Source: Puniceicoccaceae bacterium
GTDB taxonomy: Bacteria; Verrucomicrobiota; Verrucomicrobiia; Opitutales; Oceanipulchritudinaceae
NCBI GenBank assembly: GCA_040830445.1
Contig: JBFOLZ010000051.1
Location: 5,933-69,932, forward strand
Direction: 5' to 3'
Length of the DNA stretch: 64,000 nt
A model generated the notes under the pieces. It had not been told where the DNA came from, did no database searches, and was given only the letters and a program-made list of their open reading frames with translations. This document shows, in pieces, positions 57,842-64,000 of this stretch (within the stretch, counting starts at the first letter, position 1; the number at the start of each line of letters is the position of its first letter). The translations under genes and the position numbers were made by a program.

Positions 57842-59620
57842 ATGGATTACTCCCGTTATTACAGCTTGGCCAAAAAGAACCGCCGCCTGTTGGTCATTGG
57901 CGTCCTGGCCGGCGCGGTGGCCGGCATCACCAGTGGCGGCGGGGTTCCCTTCTTTATCGAGAAGGTGTTCGCCAGCATTTTCGAGAATACGGAACGCGAC
58001 TACTCCCTCGCCTACTTGCTCTTTATTTCCTCCCTCCTGCCGGCCGTTTTCATAGTCCGCGGTGTTGCCTATTACATCAACCAGTACTTCCTCCAGTGGG
58101 CCGTGCAGAACATCCTCATGGATGTGCGCCATCAACTTTTCAACAAGCTGCAATCCCTCCCGGTGGTCTTCTTCGAGCGCCGCAAATCGGGTGACCTGAT
58201 GGCCAAGCTGGTCGGGGACACCTTGCAAATTCAAGAGGCGATACTGCTGGTGGCGCGGGTGGCCTTCATTTACCCCTTCACCTTTTTGGCGGGACTGGGG
58301 TACCTCATCTTCCTGTCGATCACGGAGAAGCAGATTGGATTCCTTCTCGTGATGATCATCCTCGCCCCTCTGATGGTGGTCCCGGTACGCTACATCGGCC
58401 GTCACCTGCGGCGCCGCTCGCGCGAGTTGCAGCACACCCTCGGGGAACTCTCCGACATCATGACGGAAAACCTGCGCGGCGTGGTGGAGGTCAGGTCCTT
58501 TAACTTGCAGGAGCGGGAAAAGGAGCGCTTCGACGTCAAGCTGAAGGCCTACAACCGGTTTGCCATGAAGATCGCCAAGTACTACCACATGACGCAGCCC
58601 TTTATGGAGCTGATTGCGGTAGTGATGGTCTCGGTGGCATTCCTCTACTGCTACCAGACGGGCATTGAGGTGTCAGTATTCATTGGTGTGGCCGGCGCGC
58701 TCTATTTCACGGTGGATGCCTTGAAGCGTCTGGCCCGGATGCTCAATAGCGTCCAGAAGGCCAGTGGCTCGTTCGAACGGATCGAGATTGTCCTCAAGGA
58801 GGAAGAGGCGGTCAAGGACTCCGAGGAACCGGTCGTCCTGCCGGCCCCCAAGGGCAACCTGCAGTTCAAGGCCATGCGGTTCAGCTACATGGATACGGTC
58901 GAATCTCCGGACCTTGAGATTCAGGAACTGGGCATCCCCCTCGGCACGACCTGCGCCCTTGTTGGACCAAGCGGGGCCGGCAAATCCACCTTCGCCAAGC
59001 TCGTCCAGCGATTCTACGACCCCAACTCCGGGAGCATCCTCTTCGATGGAGTCGATATCCGTTCACTGAAGAAGGAACAACTGCGGGACAACATCGCCTT
59101 TGTCCCCCAGGCCCCTGTCCTTTTCAACGGGACGGTAGCTGACAATATCCTCCTGGCACGCCCGGAAGCTTCGGAAGAGGAAATGCGGGAGGCCGCCCGG
59201 CAAGCCCATGCGGAGGAGTTTATTTTGTCGTTGCCGGATGGATACGATTCCATTGTCGGGGAAAACGCGGTCCGCCTCAGTGGCGGCCAGCGGCAGCGTC
59301 TGGCCCTTGCCCGGGCTTTCCTCAAGAATGCCCCCATCCTCATCCTGGATGAAGCCACCTCCGCCCTCGACTCGGAGAGCGAGGAGAAAATCCAACAGGC
59401 CCTGAAGGCCATCGCCCGCAACCGGACCCTGATCATTATCGCCCACCGCTTCGCCACCATCCGCATGGCCGAGACCATCCTCCTCTTCGAAAAAGGACGG
59501 ATCCGTTGCCGCGGGGATTTCGAAACCCTCCTCCAGGACGACCTTTTCCGGCGCCTCTACGAGGTCCAGGTGGCAGGGATGCCTAATTCTCCGCAGCCTG
59601 GTTCTCCGCCAGGGGAATAA
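57842..59620 (+). CDS. ABC exporter, permease plus ATPase (MsbA-like lipid A flippase)
   Basis: Six-TM domain, Walker A GPSGAGKST, signature LSGGQRQR and ILILDEATSALD; follows lpxL. Confidence 0.88.
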   Translation: MDYSRYYSLAKKNRRLLVIGVLAGAVAGITSGGGVPFFIEKVFASIFENTERDYSLAYLLFISSLLPAVFIVRGVAYYINQYFLQWAVQNILMDVRHQLFNKLQSLPVVFFERRKSGDLMAKLVGDTLQIQEAILLVARVAFIYPFTFLAGLGYLIFLSITEKQIGFLLVMIILAPLMVVPVRYIGRHLRRRSRELQHTLGELSDIMTENLRGVVEVRSFNLQEREKERFDVKLKAYNRFAMKIAKYYHMTQPFMELIAVVMVSVAFLYCYQTGIEVSVFIGVAGALYFTVDALKRLARMLNSVQKASGSFERIEIVLKEEEAVKDSEEPVVLPAPKGNLQFKAMRFSYMDTVESPDLEIQELGIPLGTTCALVGPSGAGKSTFAKLVQRFYDPNSGSILFDGVDIRSLKKEQLRDNIAFVPQAPVLFNGTVADNILLARPEASEEEMREAARQAHAEEFILSLPDGYDSIVGENAVRLSGGQRQRLALARAFLKNAPILILDEATSALDSESEEKIQQALKAIARNRTLIIIAHRFATIRMAETILLFEKGRIRCRGDFETLLQDDLFRRLYEVQVAGMPNSPQPGSPPGE

Positions 59621-60707
59621 ACTCGACCCGGTCGATTTCCTTGAGCCCCGGGTACTTCATCTTGTCGGCAAAGGCCTCGCGATCGGACAAATCATGGATA
59701 GTGGCGTCCGTCTTCCAGACACCGTACTTCGGTGAATACACATAGACGCGGGTTCCAATGTTAAAGGCCAAGGCCGAGGCCTTGCCATGATAGTCCGGAA
59801 GAATCCACAGGTCCTTGGTGTAGTGGAAATATAACTTCTGAGTCCATCGCGGTGCGAGCATCTCGCTGGCCACCTCTATATTGTCATAGTATCCGGTCAG
59901 CTCATCCCAGTAGTCGCTCCAGGAAAACTTCTCCTTGCCGACATCCTCAGCCTTGCCGAAGGCGGACTCCGCATCCCTGCCCGGATTGGGATCTTCCCCG
60001 TAGCGGTAAATCAAACGCACCAGCTCTTCAGGCCTCTTGCCCTTCTGGGATTGAAGGACCCCGTCAATCCTGCCTGCCGGAATATCGATGGTTTCCCAAG
60101 TCTCCTCGGTGTAGCCGTATTCCTCCTCGTCATCCAGCACCATGTCCTCGTAGATGATGATCTCTTCGGTCCGTTCCGGGAAGACCTCCTCGACGTAACT
60201 GGAGGCAAACTGGAAAAGGACATCCGACTTCATGCGGTCTTCATAGCTGATGGGAACAAAAAAACGCCGGTCGGACTCGTACTCCGCCCCCGGATCATAA
60301 CCAAACATGCGGTCGTTGTAGAAATAGAGGCAGAGCCACTTCAGGTGCGGCCGCTCCTCGCCATCGATGACCGGAAAATGCAACATGCAGGCCCATTTGT
60401 ACTGCCCCGGGATGAGGCTTTCCCGGTAGCGGTCCATGAACTCCAGCGCCAGGACGAGATCACCCCGTTCCAGCTTCGGCTGCTCGTAATAGGTAAACTG
60501 GGGACTCTTGACCCGGAAGGCCGGGGCGAAATTCTCCGGATGATAGTTGACCACGAATTCCTCGAGGTCGAAGAGCGGATCATCCTCGGATATGTCGTCT
60601 CTTTTCTGGGCAGTGAGCATCAGCGACCCACAAAAGAACAATCCTACTAGTAGCAGACGCCAATGGCGCTTGCCAGTATGGTTGAAAAGTCGCAGCACAC
60701 TATTCAT
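59583..60707 (-). CDS. Secreted hypothetical protein (374 aa, acidic and aromatic)
   Basis: Signal-peptide-like N-terminus and codon usage like neighbouring genes; 38-bp convergent overlap with the ABC exporter. Confidence 0.7.
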   Translation of the reverse strand: MNSVLRLFNHTGKRHWRLLLVGLFFCGSLMLTAQKRDDISEDDPLFDLEEFVVNYHPENFAPAFRVKSPQFTYYEQPKLERGDLVLALEFMDRYRESLIPGQYKWACMLHFPVIDGEERPHLKWLCLYFYNDRMFGYDPGAEYESDRRFFVPISYEDRMKSDVLFQFASSYVEEVFPERTEEIIIYEDMVLDDEEEYGYTEETWETIDIPAGRIDGVLQSQKGKRPEELVRLIYRYGEDPNPGRDAESAFGKAEDVGKEKFSWSDYWDELTGYYDNIEVASEMLAPRWTQKLYFHYTKDLWILPDYHGKASALAFNIGTRVYVYSPKYGVWKTDATIHDLSDREAFADKMKYPGLKEIDRVEFIPLAENQAAEN

Positions 60708-60794
60708 AAGCCATCCACTAAGATGCCCACTGCATTTTTGGCAATACAGGACCGCAGCGAACAGTTTGAATCAATTGATTGATCGGATTGCGTC

Positions 60795-61208
60795 CTACTC
60801 AACACTATGGGCTTCGAGGAACATGGCCTTGCTTAGGGCGGCAAAGAAATTCTGATAGGGTTCCGGCTCATTGACTGCCCTGAGCCCGTATTGGGCATTG
60901 GCACGGACAGTAACCTGACTTTCACCTCTGGTTCTCGCCGTCACGGTCATTTTCAAAGCATATCCATCCAGTTTAGTGGCGGTAACAGTCCCAAGGTCAA
61001 CATCAGCACTTTCGACCACGAAACCAAGGTCCTGCAAGGTGTTAATGACAGACACGAGAACGAATTTTCGATCAGTTGTGTCAAATGACCGTGTCTGCAT
61101 TTGCCGCAGGGCCATTTGGTTCTCGTTGGAGTCCATGAGCCTCTCTTGAGTCGTCTCGCAGCCGGCGAAAAGGATAACAAGTGAAAATAATGCGATTCTG
61201 TTAAGCAT
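60795..61208 (-). CDS. Lipoprotein of unknown function (paralog of 61227-61802)
   Basis: Lipobox FAGC; RQMQTR.FDT.D...LQDLGF.V...D.DLG and F.ALSKAMFLE. Confidence 0.75.
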   Translation of the reverse strand: MLNRIALFSLVILFAGCETTQERLMDSNENQMALRQMQTRSFDTTDRKFVLVSVINTLQDLGFVVESADVDLGTVTATKLDGYALKMTVTARTRGESQVTVRANAQYGLRAVNEPEPYQNFFAALSKAMFLEAHSVE

Positions 61209-61226
61209 AAGTATCGGGTATGAGGA

Positions 61227-61802
61227 TTAAATCTGCTGATCCTCCAAGAAGATGGCCTTGGACAGTTTAGAATAGAATTCGAGGTACATTTCCTCGTCAT
61301 TGATCCGCTCTATCTTTGAAACTTGATTGGCATCATTCCAGACAATCCGCTGAAAGGTGACACGGACAACGACCGACTCTTGATTTTCGCCAAAGGCACG
61401 TGTCACGACCGAGGCCTTGAAAAGCTGGTGGTGGTCGGTCGGGACATAGGCTCCCGTTAATGCGGCAAGGATAATGGATCCGACAACTTGTCCGGCGTTG
61501 ACCGCGCTCCTTTCCTTGGACGCCACAAGCAAGCCCAACTCACCTTCTGTTTCATCAATCGTGAAGCCGAGGTCCTGCAATTGGGCTGCAGAAGCATTGA
61601 GGATCATCTCCTGATCACTGGTATCATACTTGCGGCTCTGCATCTGGCGCCATTCCATGCTCTGCTCATCCAGAGCCAAAGCCTCAGCGGGAATGGTAGA
61701 TTCACACCCTGGGATAAATGCCAGCAGACAAAGGGCAACTGCAATTGCAGACAGCCGCGTGAGGGTGGAGCTAGAATTTCGAGGTGTGGTAAGCGAAGTC
61801 AC
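61227..61802 (-). CDS. Lipoprotein of unknown function (paralog of 60795-61208)
   Basis: Signal ending IPG-C; RQMQSRKYDT.D...LQDLGF.I...E.ELG and FYSKLSKAIFLE. GTG start with AGGAGG RBS. Confidence 0.75.
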   Translation of the reverse strand: MTSLTTPRNSSSTLTRLSAIAVALCLLAFIPGCESTIPAEALALDEQSMEWRQMQSRKYDTSDQEMILNASAAQLQDLGFTIDETEGELGLLVASKERSAVNAGQVVGSIILAALTGAYVPTDHHQLFKASVVTRAFGENQESVVVRVTFQRIVWNDANQVSKIERINDEEMYLEFYSKLSKAIFLEDQQI

Positions 61803-62172
61803 GAACAAGTCCCTCCTTATCGAACTTAATAATCACCGTAAAGGATTTCTGGGTTGAGCTGCTGGCGCCCGACTTGCCTGAAACACCGACCAGGATTAAA
61901 GTGGCAAAACCGGAACTCTCCGAATACACTCGATTGGTTGAGATTCGATCATATACCCAGACTTCGCGTCGTTCCTCATCCGTTGTGACAATGTTTGGGG
62001 ATCCCAAAACAGCCGCAACTTCAGCCCCGCTCATTCCGACTCGGATTTCACGCTGAACCACTCCCGCTGTGAGTTCCGTGCCCTCAGCTGCGGCAACATC
62101 CGCTGAATGTTGTTGGGCACTTTGGCAGCCAAAGGCCAAAAGTGGTAGTAGGAGAAAACTGATCTTTTTCAT
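61771..62172 (-). CDS. SmpA/OmlA (BamE-like) domain lipoprotein
   Basis: Lipobox AFGC; I.VGMS.AEV..VLGSP.I......EVWVY and .IIKFD..G.V.DF. Confidence 0.72.
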   Translation of the reverse strand: MKKISFLLLPLLAFGCQSAQQHSADVAAAEGTELTAGVVQREIRVGMSGAEVAAVLGSPNIVTTDEERREVWVYDRISTNRVYSESSGFATLILVGVSGKSGASSSTQKSFTVIIKFDKEGLVRDFAYHTSKF

Positions 62173-62271
62173 AAGAAAACATTACAACGCCAATTTATGG
62201 GAAAAACGAGTAAAATCGACGGTGCTTGCCAAGCTGCTCCGAACAAATAGGTTGTTGAACCATAGATTGGC

Positions 62272-63465
62272 ATGAATCTCGTCCGGCCACAGACTCCCTA
62301 TCAGTTCATGGCTCCCAAATACTCGCGGGCCTTCCGACCGGTGCTGCATCTGCTGGTGCGACTTTCACAACGGTACGAGTTCCATGTTAAGGGAACAACC
62401 ATTGAGGGAGCAGAGGAACTGACCAAGCTGGTCAAGGCCGGGCAATCCGTCCTGATTGCCCCAAATCATGCCGACCATGCGGATCCCGGCCTTATGCTCA
62501 CCGTCGGGCGGAGGTTTGGCTTTGCTCCCCACTTCATGGCCGCGCGGGAAGGGTTTGAGAAGAGCGCTCTTCACCGTTGGGTGCTGCAACGCGCGGGTGC
62601 CTTTTCCATCAACCGGGAAGGAGCGGATCTGGCAGCCATCAAGATGGCCATCCATGTCCTGCAGGAGGGGAAGTTCCCGCTGGTCATCTTTCCGGAAGGG
62701 GAAATCTACCACCATATGGAGGAGCTGGACGAGCTCAACGACGGCGTGGCCAGCATCGCCCTGAGGGCGGCGACCAAGTTGCCGGAGGGGCGACGGGGAT
62801 ACGCCGTGCCAGCCTCCATCCGCCTGAAGCACGATCCCTCCGTGGAGGAATGCTTTTCGGACCGCTTGAGCGTCCTTGAAAAACGAATCCTCCTCAAGCC
62901 CCGCATCCATGACAGCGCCGTGGACCGGATTTTCCGGCTGGGAGCGGCGCTCCTGGCCGTCAAGGAAGAGGAATACCTCGGTGCCGCCCAGCAGGGAACG
63001 TTGACCGAGCGCATTCACCGCCTGCGTTCATCGATCATGCAGACCGTCGAGGCGGCCCATGGCATCAACCATGACGACCTCTCCTTCCCCAAGCGCATCA
63101 AGCTGCTGCGGGCCCGTATCCGCAAGGAGCTTACGGAAGGGGATGGAGAACCGGAGGCCAAGCGCAAGGAGGAGCTGTATGACCATTTGGACGATATCTT
63201 TGTTGTCCATCAGCTTTACAGTTATCCCCGGACCTACCTCCTTGGTGAGCCATCCGTCGACCGGATAGCCGAGACAATTTTCAAGCTGGAGGAGGATATG
63301 CTGGGGAAGGCCCGCTACCTCGGGAAGCGGAAGGCGGAAATCCGCTTTGCGAAGCCCATCGACCTCGGATCCTTCCTCGAGCAGCAGGGCCTCAATGCCA
63401 AGAGCGGTATTGATCCGTTGACCCGGGAGATTGAGGACCGGATCATGCAATTGCTGGCCCGGTAA
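62272..63465 (+). CDS. PlsC-domain acyltransferase (phospholipid/glycerol acyltransferase)
   Basis: LIAPNHADHAD (HxxxxD), FMAARE.F, LQRAGAFSI.REG.D and VIFPEGEIY. Confidence 0.85.
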   Translation: MNLVRPQTPYQFMAPKYSRAFRPVLHLLVRLSQRYEFHVKGTTIEGAEELTKLVKAGQSVLIAPNHADHADPGLMLTVGRRFGFAPHFMAAREGFEKSALHRWVLQRAGAFSINREGADLAAIKMAIHVLQEGKFPLVIFPEGEIYHHMEELDELNDGVASIALRAATKLPEGRRGYAVPASIRLKHDPSVEECFSDRLSVLEKRILLKPRIHDSAVDRIFRLGAALLAVKEEEYLGAAQQGTLTERIHRLRSSIMQTVEAAHGINHDDLSFPKRIKLLRARIRKELTEGDGEPEAKRKEELYDHLDDIFVVHQLYSYPRTYLLGEPSVDRIAETIFKLEEDMLGKARYLGKRKAEIRFAKPIDLGSFLEQQGLNAKSGIDPLTREIEDRIMQLLAR

Positions 63466-63537
63466 TAATTCAACTTCCCGGCTTTCCTTGACTCCGCAGC
63501 AGGATGGCCGACTGTTGAGAGCAACACCTTTGTTTTT

Positions 63538-64000
63538 ATGAAAACCACCCTCTCCTCACTTCTCCTTCTGCTTGTCTTCCTGGCTGGCTGTGAAACGACC
63601 CCGGACGTCAATGTCCAGTCGGGCCCGGATTTTGATCCCTCGAAATACAACACCTTCGCGGTACTGGAACCCGAGAAGAATGCCCTCACACCGGGGGCTT
63701 CCGTCCATTACGCCACCCTCAAGATGCTCATTGCCGGGCCCTTGAAGAGCAAGGGACTCACCGAGACTGACCTTGAATCGGCCGATATCGTCTTCCAGGC
63801 AGTCGGCGGAGCTATCCCGATGGTCAGCCCCTCCCAGTATGGCTTCGTCTGGGTCGGCGACTGGTACACCTGGCAGCCCACCCTCTACCGGCGCTCCAAC
63901 ATGAACAGCCAGTCGGCGGGCATGATTGCCGTCAATGCCTTCGACAACCAGACCAAGGAAATTGTCTGGCAGGGAGTGGCTTATGGACATGGGGCTACCG
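63538..64000 (+). CDS. DUF4136-like lipoprotein (3'-truncated by window edge; not in the ORF track)
   Basis: Read by hand: MKTTLSSLLLLLVFLAG-C...DFDPSKYNTFA...L..KGLTE...AD.V...G.IAVNAFDNQTKEIVWQGVA. Confidence 0.72.
   Translation, partial: MKTTLSSLLLLLVFLAGCETTPDVNVQSGPDFDPSKYNTFAVLEPEKNALTPGASVHYATLKMLIAGPLKSKGLTETDLESADIVFQAVGGAIPMVSPSQYGFVWVGDWYTWQPTLYRRSNMNSQSAGMIAVNAFDNQTKEIVWQGVAYGHGAT

Overview
This is a gene-dense bacterial chromosome segment of roughly 60% GC by eye. The rplY-pth-rpsF-ssb-rplI-dnaB-bamA-skp gene order, lpxI and the repeat style suggest Verrucomicrobiota (Opitutales-like); this assignment is an inference. Most of the window is housekeeping: leuS, hisS, serS, tilS, ftsH, dnaB, ssb, ribosomal proteins, purEK, bamA/skp, lpxI, lpxL, an msbA-like transporter, menG/ubiE and tRNA-Thr(CGT). 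Accessory modules are (i) a beta-glucan/laminarin cluster (MFS, GH16, GH30), (ii) an MntR / DtxR-FeoA-FeoA / split-FeoB metal-uptake locus with a perfect palindromic operator, (iii) oleC-oleD coupled to purEK without oleA/oleB, (iv) an ECF sigma operon and (v) a low-GC cassette of three lipoproteins. Features the ORF track does not explain include a putative 186-nt 6S RNA (24839-25024) and three families of REP-like palindromic repeats, one with five composite copies. Two otherwise unrelated secreted proteins share a ~57-aa Trp-rich C-terminal domain, a candidate sorting or surface-anchoring signal. I found no CRISPR array, transposase, integrase or rRNA. All product calls come from motif recognition by eye; no database searches were run.
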